Assembly: GCA_965214095.1 (NCBI GenBank)
Contig: OZ243938.1
Span: 3,776,001-3,840,000 of the forward strand
Reading direction: 5' to 3'
DNA: 64,000 nt
Origin: Candidatus Poribacteria bacterium
GTDB taxonomy: Bacteria > Poribacteria > WGA-4E > WGA-3G
Shown in pieces: positions 38,198-49,066 of this stretch (its first letter is position 1; each line of letters opens with the position of its first letter). Under the pieces are notes generated by a model, which was not told the DNA's origin, searched no databases, and saw only the letters and a program-made list of their open reading frames with translations. Position numbers and translations under genes: made by a program.

Positions 38198-41134
38198 TCA
38201 TTTTTTCTTTTGTGCAATCGATTCACTTATTACTTCGATTGGATGTTTTGGTAGGATGCCAGTACCGTGTTCAAGTTGGTGTCGACAAGAAAATCCTGAT
38301 GCTGTTAGTGTGAATTCCCCAGATTTTTCACGGATAGTTGGAAAAAGCCGGAGTTCTCCTATTTTCATGGAGACTTCGTAATGTGATTTTTCATATCCGA
38401 ATGAACCTGCCATGCCACAACAACTGGAATCAATGACAGTAACGTTATGTGTTGATGGTAATTCAAGCATTTGCTGAACTGGTTGAATTCCATCAAGTGC
38501 TCTCTGATGGCAATGTCCGTGCAATAATATTTCACGCGGTTCAGACTCATAAGTGAGTGTGAGGTCGTTGTTTTCATGAGCCTGTATCAAGAATGCTTCA
38601 AGTGAATAAGTATTCTCTGCAACCCGTTTTGCTTTAGGTGTGTTAATGAGTTCAATATAATCGTCGGTCAAGGCAGAGGTGCAACTCGGTTCACATCCCA
38701 CTATTGGTATGCCTTCCTCAACGTAAGGGTGGAGTTGTTCAATATTGTAATTTCCGTATTCAATGGCTTTGTCAAGCATGCCTTCAGAAATGAGTGGTCT
38801 GCCACAACACTGTTTCTTTGGTAATATAATTTCATATCCAGCGGCTTCTAATACATGGACTGCTGCTTTACCGATATTGGGTTCACTGTAGTTCATGAAA
38901 GTATCATGAAAGAGCACGACTTTTTTATCTGATGTCTGTGGTGTGTGTCGTTTTCTGAACCATTTTTCAAAAGTGTTGTGAACAAAGGTGGGCATATCTC
39001 TGCGGCGATCAATACCAATAATTTTTTCGGCTATGAACTTAGATAACGGGTTATTTGTTGCCCAATTTGAGATGGGTGCAAATGCTGAACCGAAAACAGC
39101 GAGGGAACCGATTTCACCGAAAAGACGATTACGTAATGGTAGTCCGTTTGCTTTGCGATAGTGCGCGAGCATCTCATATTTTATTTTCGCCATATCTACG
39201 TTGGATGGACATTCTGCCTTGCATGCTTTGCAACCGAGACATAGATCAAGGACATCATAGAGTCTTTCACTTGTGAAATCAGTGTGTGGTAGAGCACCAG
39301 AGATAACGGAACGGAGTGCGTTTGCGCGACCTCTGGTAGAATGTTCCTCTTCTCGTGTTGCGATAAAAGATGGACACATTGTTCCAGTTAATGTCTTTCG
39401 GCATGCCCCTACCCCGTTACACATTTCAATGGCTCTACCGAACCCATCTTGTGATGAAAAATCGAAATAAGTATCAATTTTGATTGTGTTGTATTTCGGA
39501 CCGAACCTGAGATTTTCAGTCATCGAGGGAGGATCAATGATTTTACCGGGGTTCATAATACCGTCTGGATCGAAAGCGTTTTTTACCTCTCGAAGTGCTT
39601 GGTATATTTGTTGACCGAACATGCTCTCAATCCATTCACTGCGTACAAGTCCATCTCCATGTTCCCCACTCATTGCGCCGTCAAGGTCCAGAAGCAGGTC
39701 GCGCACTTCACCTGCGATACTGTGCATTTTTTGTATGTCTGACTCAGATTTTAGATTGATTATTGGTCGGTTGTGGAGTAAACCGACACTGGCGTGTGCG
39801 TAATAAGATGCAGTGGTATCGTGACTCGTGACGATTTCATCAAATCTACGGACATATTCAGGTAGGTTTTCAATAGGAACAGCAGCATCTTCAACAAATC
39901 CAATCGGTTTTGCATCACCTTTCATGCCCATAAGTAGACCGAGACCTGCTTTCCTTGTTTCCCAGACTTGTGCTTTTTCTTCTGTAGTAAAACATCGGAC
40001 ATAAGCATACCCAAATTCAACACTTTGTAATGTATTCTCAAGATGGTCCATCTGTTGGTGTAGTTCAGTGTCTGTTTCACCGTAAAATTCCACTGCGAGG
40101 AGTGCTTCCGGTTCACCTTGTATGAAACTGGTCAGTCGTGAAAATTCTATGGAACCTTGTGCCATACCGAGTATTGTTTTGTCAATAAGTTCAACTGCTG
40201 TGGGGTTGCAAGCTAATATAGGTTGCATCGCTTCCATAGCATCAATGATCGACTTAAAATGTACGACGCACAGAGATGTCATTTTTGGAACAGGAACGAG
40301 ATTGACTTTCGCTTCAACGATAGTTGCAAGTGTACCTTCGGACCCGACAACGATTTTGGCGAGACTGAATGGTCGGTGTGCATCGCATCCATCACGACGG
40401 TAGGGAGTTACCTCTTTTGTGCCAGCATCAGACACATATTCATCAAGGTTGTATCCTGCGACTCTTCGTAGTATACGTGGATAACGTTTACGGATTTCAT
40501 CCGTATTTTCAGCACAGATTCTACATAGTTCGCGATATATGTTTGCCTCTAAGGAATTTCCTTCCTTTTTAGATGCGACTTCTGTGAATGAGAGCGGATC
40601 GGCGGTAATTTCATCACCGTTGGCGAGCACAAGGTCTAAGGACATTACATGGTCAATCGTTTTCCCGTAGATGAGTGAGTGTGAACCTGCAGAATTATTT
40701 CCGATGGTGCCACCGACATTTGCCCGACTACTTGTTGCGACATCTGGTGCATACATGAGTCCGTGCGGTTTTAGAAGTTGGTTTAACTCATCAAGAATAA
40801 TACCTGGTTGGACACGTGCCCAATGTTCATCAACATTAACTTCAATCAGTTGATTCATGTATTTGGACATGTCAATGACGATTGCTTCACCAACACTTTG
40901 TCCAGCGAGACTTGTTCCGCCACCACGTGGGAGAATTGGTGTTTTTCTTTCAGCTGCTAACTGTATAGTCTTAATGACATCTTGTTTGTGTTTGGGAATA
41001 ACAACGCCTATTGGCTCAATTTGGTAAAGGCTTGCATCTGTGCTATAAAGTGCTTTTGAGTAAGTGTCAAAACGTACTTCTCCCTCAAGTGTATTGGTGA
41101 GAAGTTGTTCTAATGCTGGTTCAGAATTTTGCAT
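38198..41134 (-). CDS. FAD-linked oxidase with Fe-S and CCG domains (YdiJ/GlcD-GlcF fusion type)
   Basis: RGGGTSLAGQ, SGEHGDG, CNGVGAC, CLGCKAC...CP, CCG motifs. Confidence 0.92.
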   Translation of the reverse strand: MQNSEPALEQLLTNTLEGEVRFDTYSKALYSTDASLYQIEPIGVVIPKHKQDVIKTIQLAAERKTPILPRGGGTSLAGQSVGEAIVIDMSKYMNQLIEVNVDEHWARVQPGIILDELNQLLKPHGLMYAPDVATSSRANVGGTIGNNSAGSHSLIYGKTIDHVMSLDLVLANGDEITADPLSFTEVASKKEGNSLEANIYRELCRICAENTDEIRKRYPRILRRVAGYNLDEYVSDAGTKEVTPYRRDGCDAHRPFSLAKIVVGSEGTLATIVEAKVNLVPVPKMTSLCVVHFKSIIDAMEAMQPILACNPTAVELIDKTILGMAQGSIEFSRLTSFIQGEPEALLAVEFYGETDTELHQQMDHLENTLQSVEFGYAYVRCFTTEEKAQVWETRKAGLGLLMGMKGDAKPIGFVEDAAVPIENLPEYVRRFDEIVTSHDTTASYYAHASVGLLHNRPIINLKSESDIQKMHSIAGEVRDLLLDLDGAMSGEHGDGLVRSEWIESMFGQQIYQALREVKNAFDPDGIMNPGKIIDPPSMTENLRFGPKYNTIKIDTYFDFSSQDGFGRAIEMCNGVGACRKTLTGTMCPSFIATREEEHSTRGRANALRSVISGALPHTDFTSERLYDVLDLCLGCKACKAECPSNVDMAKIKYEMLAHYRKANGLPLRNRLFGEIGSLAVFGSAFAPISNWATNNPLSKFIAEKIIGIDRRRDMPTFVHNTFEKWFRKRHTPQTSDKKVVLFHDTFMNYSEPNIGKAAVHVLEAAGYEIILPKKQCCGRPLISEGMLDKAIEYGNYNIEQLHPYVEEGIPIVGCEPSCTSALTDDYIELINTPKAKRVAENTYSLEAFLIQAHENNDLTLTYESEPREILLHGHCHQRALDGIQPVQQMLELPSTHNVTVIDSSCCGMAGSFGYEKSHYEVSMKIGELRLFPTIREKSGEFTLTASGFSCRHQLEHGTGILPKHPIEVISESIAQKKK

Positions 41135-41498
41135 TCGTATCCGATTCCTATTCGTTTGATCCTAAGGGATGTAGGTATGTTAGACGATTGTATGTCAAAA
41201 AAGGTATAAGACTGACATTTTTCAAGTAGCCACGACCATTTAAACTATCATCATCATAACCAAAATAATGATTATCCAAATTCAATTTGAAGGCAAGCCA
41301 TTCTATAAGCGTCGGAGCATAGCGTTATAATCTTTCTTCAAGATGTGACTGGTTGAAATGTCGGCACCGAGGTTGAACTTTTCTTGTGCCCATCCGCCTG
41401 CTAAAAATATAAGAACACATCTAAGTATTCCTAACAAGATTTTATATCGTTTTTTTATTGCGATTCTCCTTTGAAACGTATCAGATAACGGTGTGCGG

Positions 41499-41831
41499 TT
41501 ATGACACATTGGCATTCACGTGGATGACTTTTCCGGGCTGCACGTCTCTGATCACTTGATTCACTTCCAGCATAATAGGTTGAACGTCCTGTAGTTTATT
41601 GCTTCTAGCAGAGATGATAATGACACCGATAGCGTATTCGCTGATGTTCTGTTGATATTCAAAGCCCTTATCCATTGTCACCAGCACATCAAACGTCTCT
41701 GCTGCTTGCTCAAGGAGTTCACCGTTTCGCTTTCCTTTCCACCCTTGTTGATCTACAGTTGTCACGTAGCAATCGGGATCAAAATCTCGGACTAATTGCT
41801 AGTTTAAGTTTTCGTCAAGTAGAACGCGCAT
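41499..41831 (-). pseudogene. DUF5615/PIN-like (VapC45-type) toxin with an in-frame amber stop at codon 11
   Basis: MRVLLDENLN*QLVRDF...GWKGKRNGELL...LVTMDKGF; TAG at 41801-41799. Confidence 0.82.
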
Positions 41832-41832
41832 G

Positions 41833-42405
41833 TCACTTTGATTTCCTACCTTGTTGTGCGTATGTTTCAATTGCCGTTGTCAATGCGAATTCTAAAAATG
41901 CAATTGCTTGCTCTCGCGACACAGAAGGGAATCCGTCAAGAAAGTCATCAAGACTCTCTCCTGCTCCCAAATGGTGAATTAGCGACTGTATCGGTACACG
42001 AGTCCCGATAAACACTGTTGCTCCATGGTGAATGTTGGGGTCTTGGTTTATCATTGTTTTGTATAAACGAAACGCAGTCCACTCGGTATCTACATTTTGT
42101 CTATAACTTTCATCACCGCTTTTGTAAAACCTTTTTGGGGGACACACTGTTGACATAAACTGGATCTGTGTCGCTTGAGATAATTTATCACATATATCTT
42201 CAATAACCCTTCCGTCACGTTTTGTCCGCTCCATTCTGGGTATTACTCGGATATATAGGACATCATTACTCACTTGCTCCAAAAAATTTTCTGACAATTT
42301 TTTGGACATGTGGTCACTATATTCCAAGAATGGATAATCGTCCTTTAGAATACGTTCCAGTTCATGGACAACAAATGGGTTTTCGTGTAGTTTTTCCATC
42401 ATCAT
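41833..42405 (-). CDS. DUF433 antitoxin domain fused to an unknown N-terminal domain
   Basis: C-terminal DPNIHHG..VF.GTRVP.......L..GESLDDFLDGFPSVSREQA. Confidence 0.8.
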   Translation of the reverse strand: MMMEKLHENPFVVHELERILKDDYPFLEYSDHMSKKLSENFLEQVSNDVLYIRVIPRMERTKRDGRVIEDICDKLSQATQIQFMSTVCPPKRFYKSGDESYRQNVDTEWTAFRLYKTMINQDPNIHHGATVFIGTRVPIQSLIHHLGAGESLDDFLDGFPSVSREQAIAFLEFALTTAIETYAQQGRKSK

Positions 42406-42661
42406 ACCTTCTGATATTTTGCTGTGTCAGAATAGCAAAAGAGTGGATAAAATTGGATAGAGTTTGATAAGTAATTATCAGCCCCTAAACACAATTAGAG
42501 AATAACACCAATACACCAAAAAGTCAAGTAAGTAACAACATTTGGTAATTCTAAAAAGCTCTCAAAAGCCAATGTCTATCAACAATTTCTTACTCTCAAT
42601 TTGAAGTTATGAAAATGCTAATTGACATATCCAAATTAAGTGTAGGATTTCTGCAATTAAT

Positions 42662-42690
42662 TTGACTTTCTGCCTGTTGGGAAGTATAAT
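42662..42690 (+). promoter_or_regulatory. Sigma70 promoter of tRNA-Leu
   Basis: TTGACT-17-TATAAT, 8 nt before the tRNA. Confidence 0.75.
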
Positions 42691-42698
42691 AATTAAAT

Positions 42699-42781
42699 GC
42701 CTCTGTGGTGGAATTGGTATACACGGCAGGTTGAGGGCCTGTGCCTTAATTGGCGTGCTGGTTCGAGTCCAGTCGGAGGCA
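42699..42781 (+). tRNA. tRNA-Leu(GAG)
   Basis: GCCTCTG acceptor stem, anticodon loop TTGAGGG, long variable arm, GTTCGAGTC. Confidence 0.93.
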
Positions 42782-42828
42782 TCTTCCCAGTTCTTCAACT
42801 CCATTTCTGTTAGTCTACATAATTGGCA

Positions 42829-43959
42829 CTATTCAGTTAAGAGTTGTTGATAAACTTCATAAGTGCGTTCTGCAATTGTCTCCCATGTAAAGTTTTGTAC
42901 CCTCACTAACCCGCGTTCTTGCAGAGATTGATATAGCGAGAGATTGTTTGCAATCTGTGTAATTTTTTCTGCTAAGACTTTAGTATCTCCTTCAGGAAAA
43001 ACCAAACCAGCGTCCCCGATAACTTGTGGAATTTCACCTGAATCTGATCCAATGACAGGTACTTCACACGCCATTCCTTCAATGAGGACTCTACCAAAAA
43101 ATTCTACCCAATCTGGAGTTGTGCGGGAAGGCAGGACTAATGTATCCATACAGTTGATATAGTTGGGTACTTCTTCTGGGGGAACGGCATCAATCCAAAC
43201 AATTTTATCTGTAATATTATGTTGGGTAGCTAATTCTTGAAACTTTGATTTATCCTCACCACTTCCGAGTAATAGTAGTTTGAATGGGAATTCAAGTTCT
43301 GCTGCTGCTTCAATGAGTGTATCAACACCCTTCATTTGAAGAAGTCGTCCGACATAACCGATTACAAAAGAATCTGAAAGTCCGAGAGTTTGTTTCAGTT
43401 GACGCGTATCGTGTTTCTGAAAAAGTGAAACATCAACTCCATTTGGAAACGGAATTTGCTTGCCTTGATAACCCCTCTGTTTTAGTATTTTACCTGCGTT
43501 CTCGCTGAGTGGAAAAGCAATGTCGGTTTCTCGGAAAACCTGTTTTTCGATCCAAATGGGCAAAGGACCAAAACGTTGTTTTGATGGAATACTGAGTGAG
43601 GTGCGGAAAATGAATCTGCTATCTGGACAGAACTTGCGTTTCAGCCGCGCTGTCTGCAAAGCATTAAGACTCCACGCCTCCTCTTCAAGATGAATGATAT
43701 CGGGTTTGAAGTCCTTGAAGTGTTGGGAGACACCTCTTCTGTAAAAAAATCTACTACCATAACCAGAAAACCGTATTGGACAAGGGACCTCTTCACAGTG
43801 GATGTCGGGTTCAAGTTCGAAATTAATCTTCTGAAAACTTTCGTACCATCGGTTAGGTGTGATGACACGCATAGTGACATCCGGTTTGGCTGCGATAAGA
43901 TCAAACTTTCTCCGATACGGTTTCATTATATAGGAGTGTGAAAGGACTAAAACACGCAC
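42829..43959 (-). CDS. Glycosyltransferase family 4
   Basis: PNGVD, GYVGRL...KG, EFFGRVLIEGMAC. Confidence 0.92.
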   Translation of the reverse strand: MRVLVLSHSYIMKPYRRKFDLIAAKPDVTMRVITPNRWYESFQKINFELEPDIHCEEVPCPIRFSGYGSRFFYRRGVSQHFKDFKPDIIHLEEEAWSLNALQTARLKRKFCPDSRFIFRTSLSIPSKQRFGPLPIWIEKQVFRETDIAFPLSENAGKILKQRGYQGKQIPFPNGVDVSLFQKHDTRQLKQTLGLSDSFVIGYVGRLLQMKGVDTLIEAAAELEFPFKLLLLGSGEDKSKFQELATQHNITDKIVWIDAVPPEEVPNYINCMDTLVLPSRTTPDWVEFFGRVLIEGMACEVPVIGSDSGEIPQVIGDAGLVFPEGDTKVLAEKITQIANNLSLYQSLQERGLVRVQNFTWETIAERTYEVYQQLLTE

Positions 43960-43978
43960 AAGATTTGTTTCAAGGTCT

Positions 43979-44341
43979 TTACTCTATATTATTTGCCTTA
44001 AATGTTAATTCATTTTCATCATTTTCTTCTGAATCATCATCATTTTCTGATGTTTCATCGGTTTCAGCTAGACCAGCCATGAGACCTTCAAGCTGTCTTC
44101 GGATACCGGCACGTTCCTCTTCAGTAGCTGATCGTGCGAGTTCCGATGCCTCACGCATTTCATCGTTGAGATTTTCCAACTCTTGGATCCTTGCATCTCT
44201 TTGTATCACATCGCTGTTGAGTCGTGCGATTTCAGCTTCAAGTGCAAGTTTTTCATCTCTTAATCTTTTTACAGTAGAGATAGCAAGGTCTACATGTTCT
44301 TCTAAAAGAAAAACTACATTTTCACCTGTTGTTTCAGACAT
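43979..44341 (-). CDS. Coiled-coil protein (ZapB-like)
   Basis: LEEHVDLAISTVKRLRDEK heptad pattern; acidic tail. Confidence 0.6.
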   Translation of the reverse strand: MSETTGENVVFLLEEHVDLAISTVKRLRDEKLALEAEIARLNSDVIQRDARIQELENLNDEMREASELARSATEEERAGIRRQLEGLMAGLAETDETSENDDDSEENDENELTFKANNIE

Positions 44342-44443
44342 TGAATCCTCCTAATCTAAAATACAAAGCGATTAATCTATGATCGATATCACAAATTTCA
44401 AGATACGATAGAGTAGATTTACCAATCAAAAACAAGGAATATA

Positions 44444-45340
44444 TCAGATTTTTCTTTTTTTATTACTTAATGCAAGATGTTCAACGTCGTCCCAATTAGG
44501 TTGGTTTTGTGCATAATGAAATAGATATTGTTGTGCGTAGCCAACATATTCTCCAAAATATTGTCTGGCAAAATCTTGTATTTCTGTTGCTTTTGCTGTT
44601 TTACGGAGATATACGCGTTCAAAAATCCGTTTTATCCACACATCAATAGGCAATGCTGTGAGGTGTCCAAGAGAAAAGAGACAGATACAATCTGCGACCT
44701 TTTCTCCAACTCCCTGCAATTTCATCAGTTCATGTTTTGCATCAACGTAATCCAATTGTTTGAGCGTTTCTAACACTAATATGCCGTTGACGACGTTGTT
44801 GGCAGCATTCCAAAGATAACTCGCTCTGTATCCTGTTCCACATTCAAAAATTTTGTCAATACCGGCGTTGGCAAGTGTGTTGGGTGTTGGAAAAGTGTAA
44901 TCCACATATCCATCATATTCCACTTTCTGTCCAAACTGTTCAGAAAGCGTTCGGATGATTTTTCGGATACGCACTATATTGTTATTCTGTGATAATATGA
45001 ACGATGCTATGGTTTCCCAAATTTCCTGGTTTAGCAGTCGCATCCCTCTAAACTTATCTATTGCCCTATCAATATAGGCATCAACATTCACCGCATCCAG
45101 TATAAAAGCTAAATCCCTATTTAGATCAAGATAATGTGACATGTGCGATGTAAAAGTGATTTCATCTTCATCACGCGAACTATCTATAATTAAGGTATCA
45201 TTCTCTTGACAGATTTTGAGTATTCGTCCTTCAACGACACCGTAATAGGCATTATCTATCCTATTCCATCGAAATGATTGTCCAGATTCTAAGGTGTATT
45301 CCAAGTTAAAATCTGTGATATTATTTATATGCATAGGCAC
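44444..45340 (-). CDS. 8-oxoguanine DNA glycosylase (OGG1 family)
   Basis: TLESGQSFRW, FILSQNNNI.RI, GYRA, GVGEKVADCICLF, PIDVW. Confidence 0.92.
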   Translation of the reverse strand: MPMHINNITDFNLEYTLESGQSFRWNRIDNAYYGVVEGRILKICQENDTLIIDSSRDEDEITFTSHMSHYLDLNRDLAFILDAVNVDAYIDRAIDKFRGMRLLNQEIWETIASFILSQNNNIVRIRKIIRTLSEQFGQKVEYDGYVDYTFPTPNTLANAGIDKIFECGTGYRASYLWNAANNVVNGILVLETLKQLDYVDAKHELMKLQGVGEKVADCICLFSLGHLTALPIDVWIKRIFERVYLRKTAKATEIQDFARQYFGEYVGYAQQYLFHYAQNQPNWDDVEHLALSNKKRKI

Positions 45341-45468
45341 TTTTATGGAATTATATGATAAATCAGAACAAAATGCAAGTGTTAAACGAAAAAATAATTG
45401 AAATATTCATCATAATTGGGTATCATTAACTGAAGTCAAATAAGAGAATTAGGAGAAAACAGAACGTT

Positions 45469-47445
45469 ATGATGATCTTTCTGCGTGAGAAATTCATTGC
45501 CCAAATTTTTATGTGGGTGATTGCTGTTATTTTTGTGCTTGTCTCAGTAATGGTTGGGCCACAGTTGTTTAGTGGTTCAAGTGGTCAACGGGGCGAAGGT
45601 GCTCAGGGAGAAGTCGTGCTCAAAATAGATGCATTAGAAGTGACAAGAGGACATTTTGAGGATTTAGTCTCGCAGCAAATGCGGTCACAGCAAAACAATA
45701 GATTTGGTGGAGTTACTGATCGAAAAGAGATGGAAAAACAGATAATTGATAGTTTGATTAGTCGGGCAATTGAAGGTAGTGCCAATATAAGCGAGGCTGA
45801 AGTTGAGTACTATATCCGAAGTGATGAAAATAGAGTTCGACAGTATAATCAATTTGGACCTGATGTAGCCCAACTTTATAAACAGAATGTGCGCCTCTTT
45901 CTTAGTTCTACAGCATTACGCGAAGGCATTCAAACGCTTGAATTGGTTACGGATACAGAAGCCGAACAATCTTTTCACCTTGAGGCAGAAAAGGCAAAGG
46001 TAAAATATATTGAGTTTCGACATAGTGATTATATTTCAACAGTAAACGTTGATGATGCAGAAGCGGAAGCTTATTTTGAAGAAAACAGAGATGATTATAG
46101 AACAGAAGAACAGGTGAATGTGAAGTTCATCAAAATTAATCCTGTGGATTTTGTTACACAACATGATATTGTCACATATTATACAGAAAATGAGAGCGAA
46201 TTTAAGACAGAAGATTTAGTTAGAGCACGTCACATATTAAAGAAGTTCCCAGAGAATGCGACAGACGAACAGAAAGCAGAAACTAAAACGGCAGCAGAAG
46301 AATTACTAAAAACTGTTAAGTCAGGTTTAGCTGCGGGAACATCTTTTGCTGACTTGGCGAAGGAACATTCAGAAGGACCCTCTGGCGCGGATGGCGGGGC
46401 ATTAGGCACTCCCAATCCGGATCTTCCACCTGGCAAATATTTTGGTCGTGGTCAAATGGTCAAACCGTTTGAAGAAGCGTGTTTTGATACTTTAAAACCT
46501 AGTGAAGTGAGTGAGTTGGTTGAAACTCGGTTCGGATATCATATAATTACCTTGGAAGAAAAATTTACATCAACTCTCAAACCCTTCGCTGAAGTGGAAG
46601 GTGAAATTCGTGATAAACTTGTTCAGATCAATGGAGTGGATGGTGCCAAAGAGGTAGCTGAAAATCTACTCTTTAACATTGAAATTGGGGACTATGAGTC
46701 AGCAATTTTGGATGATATGTATAAAAATCTTTCACTATCTGTGGGTGAAACTGACTTTTTCCCAAAAGATGCATTGAGTATTCCAGATATCGGATCTTTG
46801 TTTACTTACGGTGGATTGGTTAAGGAACTTTTTGATATGGAAGTGGGTGTGACAAATACAATTGAAACAAAGAGCTACAGTGGTGATGTGTCTGCATATT
46901 TTGTTGCGACAGTTCTTGGAAAGAAACCACCAACAATTCCGCAATTTGAGGAAGTGAAAGATGATGTAATCACTGGGTCTGACGGTTTGCGTAATAGAAA
47001 GGCAAAAGCGAGTGCATTCGCAGCTGCACAAGAACTATTTAGTATGTACACTGACAATGAATCGTTGGATGACCTTATCAAGAAGTATAAAGCACCTGAA
47101 GACTCAAATACCTCAGAAAAGTCTGTTCAAGAAAGCAGCCTCTTTAATCTGAATAAAGGCAGTTCTTATGTATCTGGCATGGGAAACTCTAAGCATGTGA
47201 TGTTCGCTGCGTTTAATATGTCAGTAGGTGATGTGCGGGGTCCATTCCAAGGAGATTCAGCTGCTTATATAATTGAATTAGTTGAGCGGGTAGAACCAGA
47301 CTTGGAAGCGTACCAAACTGATCCGAGTCTGAAAACGAAACGTTACCAAAGTTTGCTACAACAGAAGAAACAAGATGCTTATGCCAATTGGTTAGCTGCA
47401 AGGAAAAAGGCAGCAAATATTTGGATCCATGAGGACTATCGTTAA
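45469..47445 (+). CDS. PpiD/SurA-like membrane-anchored parvulin peptidyl-prolyl isomerase
   Basis: N-terminal TM; ARHIL, FADLAKEHSE, MVKPFE, TRFGYHII. Confidence 0.88.
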   Translation: MMIFLREKFIAQIFMWVIAVIFVLVSVMVGPQLFSGSSGQRGEGAQGEVVLKIDALEVTRGHFEDLVSQQMRSQQNNRFGGVTDRKEMEKQIIDSLISRAIEGSANISEAEVEYYIRSDENRVRQYNQFGPDVAQLYKQNVRLFLSSTALREGIQTLELVTDTEAEQSFHLEAEKAKVKYIEFRHSDYISTVNVDDAEAEAYFEENRDDYRTEEQVNVKFIKINPVDFVTQHDIVTYYTENESEFKTEDLVRARHILKKFPENATDEQKAETKTAAEELLKTVKSGLAAGTSFADLAKEHSEGPSGADGGALGTPNPDLPPGKYFGRGQMVKPFEEACFDTLKPSEVSELVETRFGYHIITLEEKFTSTLKPFAEVEGEIRDKLVQINGVDGAKEVAENLLFNIEIGDYESAILDDMYKNLSLSVGETDFFPKDALSIPDIGSLFTYGGLVKELFDMEVGVTNTIETKSYSGDVSAYFVATVLGKKPPTIPQFEEVKDDVITGSDGLRNRKAKASAFAAAQELFSMYTDNESLDDLIKKYKAPEDSNTSEKSVQESSLFNLNKGSSYVSGMGNSKHVMFAAFNMSVGDVRGPFQGDSAAYIIELVERVEPDLEAYQTDPSLKTKRYQSLLQQKKQDAYANWLAARKKAANIWIHEDYR

Positions 47446-48509
47446 TTGAGAATCTCGTAGAAGAAGTTTCTACGTTTTGGGACAAATCCTAATTCAGATA
47501 TGGTACGTTCAATTTCCTCTATTGGCATGCAATAGACAGTTCCTGCTTTACTAACGACGTTTTCTTCTATCATCGTTCCACCCATATCGTTTGCCCCAAA
47601 CTTCAGTGAAAGTTGTCCGATTTTGGGACCTTGCGTTACCCAGGAAGATTGGAAGTTTTCAATATTGTCCAGAACTAAGCGTGAAATAGCCAGAGTTTTG
47701 AGATATTCGAAACTGCCTGCAGGTGGAATGTGTGCGAGTTCAGTATTACTTGGTTGAAATGACCAACAGATAAATGCGGTGAATCCACCGGTTTCATCTT
47801 GTAGTTCGCGTAACCGCATGAGATGTTCAACGCGTTCAGCGTAACTTTCAACGTGTCCATACATCATAGTCGCACTGGATTTTAGTCCGACCATGTGTCC
47901 CTGCCGCATTACTTCAAGCCATTCGTCTGCGGTACACTTTTTCGGACTGATGATGTTTCGTGCATGGTCAGTTAATATTTCGGCACCGCCGCCAGGAATA
48001 GAGTCAAGTCCAGCATCCCGTAGTCGAATAAGCATTTCTCTTAGCGACATCCGATTTATTTTTGCGAACCAATCAAGTTCGGGTGGAGAAAATCCGTGTA
48101 TATGAATTTTGTAGTTTGCCTTGATCCAACGGAGTAAATCTTCATACCATTCTAATTTGAGTTTTGGGTGGAGACCACCCTGCATCAAAATAAGTTCTCC
48201 GCCTAAATCAAGTGTTTCTTGTATTTTTTGTCCGAGTTCATCACGTTCCATGACATAAGCATCTGGGTCTTTCCTATGTCGGTAGAATGCACAGAAATCG
48301 CAATCCACATAACACCAGTTGGTATAATTAATATTCCTATCCACAATATATGTGATGTAACCTTCAGGGTGTTTTCGTTGTCGGATAACATCTGCTGCGT
48401 GTCCAAGTGGAAGCAGGTCATGACTTTTGAAGAGCGTTAGTGCATCATCAAAGTCTAAACGTTCACCAGCGAGTGCTTTTTCTAAAATAAGTTGTACTGT
48501 TGGAACCAT
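47442..48509 (-). CDS. mqnC: Cyclic dehypoxanthinyl futalosine synthase (radical SAM)
   Basis: DRNINYTNWCYVDCDFCAF, MQGGLHP, PGGGAEIL, QSSWVTQG, EENVV. Confidence 0.92.
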   Translation of the reverse strand: MVPTVQLILEKALAGERLDFDDALTLFKSHDLLPLGHAADVIRQRKHPEGYITYIVDRNINYTNWCYVDCDFCAFYRHRKDPDAYVMERDELGQKIQETLDLGGELILMQGGLHPKLKLEWYEDLLRWIKANYKIHIHGFSPPELDWFAKINRMSLREMLIRLRDAGLDSIPGGGAEILTDHARNIISPKKCTADEWLEVMRQGHMVGLKSSATMMYGHVESYAERVEHLMRLRELQDETGGFTAFICWSFQPSNTELAHIPPAGSFEYLKTLAISRLVLDNIENFQSSWVTQGPKIGQLSLKFGANDMGGTMIEENVVSKAGTVYCMPIEEIERTISELGFVPKRRNFFYEILN

Positions 48510-48654
48510 GTGTATTTGTTTCCTTCTGAAATTGTGTCAAGTTTATGATAGTATTTTACCACTTTTCCTAAGTATATGTCAAAAATTAATTTGACTTCAC
48601 TTGAGAATATTGGTATAATTATAAGTTGAGTCTTGTATTCACGGAGATGATAAA

Positions 48655-49044
48655 ATGGCAATAGTTTATCTTGAGGAATTGGCTGAAAAAGTGCCAAACA
48701 AATACCTTGCAGTTAATGTAATTGCAAAACGTGCGCGTTCAATAAATGATGAACTTTTGGGAGCTGGTTTGTCTCAAAAACAGAAACCTGTTTCAGAAGC
48801 AACTGATGACTTGGCTTCGGGTAAATTATCGTACCAGAAGCTTGATTCTGATACTCCAGAATCTGAGAGTCAGCCTATTTTCACATTAGAATCTGAGGAG
48901 CATGAAGAAGCGGAGGAAGAAAATCCTTTAGCTGACATCTATGGAGAAAATGCCTCTGATGCAGATGAAATAGAACCCACAGAAGTGGAAGTTGATAAGA
49001 CACAGGAAGAAACCGAAGTTGGATTAGACGAGAGTTCTGAGTAA
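48655..49044 (+). CDS. rpoZ: RNA polymerase omega subunit with a long acidic tail
   Basis: NKYLAVNVIAKRAR.I...KPV..A; upstream TTGACT-17-TATAAT (48591-48619). Confidence 0.85.
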   Translation: MAIVYLEELAEKVPNKYLAVNVIAKRARSINDELLGAGLSQKQKPVSEATDDLASGKLSYQKLDSDTPESESQPIFTLESEEHEEAEEENPLADIYGENASDADEIEPTEVEVDKTQEETEVGLDESSE

Positions 49045-49066
49045 TCCGCTGAAGACCAAGATTTTT

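Noticed and set aside
41303-41515. 70-aa minus-strand ORF
   Set aside because: It looks like a remnant of a secreted-protein gene (RBS followed by ATA and a signal-like stretch); too weak to call
41799-41801. Amber recoding (pyrrolysine or alternative genetic code)
   Set aside because: TAG ends normal genes here (e.g. rplJ, the 28134 sulfatase); a nonsense mutation is simpler
41499-42781. Genomic island integrated at tRNA-Leu
   Set aside because: No integrase and no duplicated tRNA 3' end seen; the TA genes lie on the 5' side
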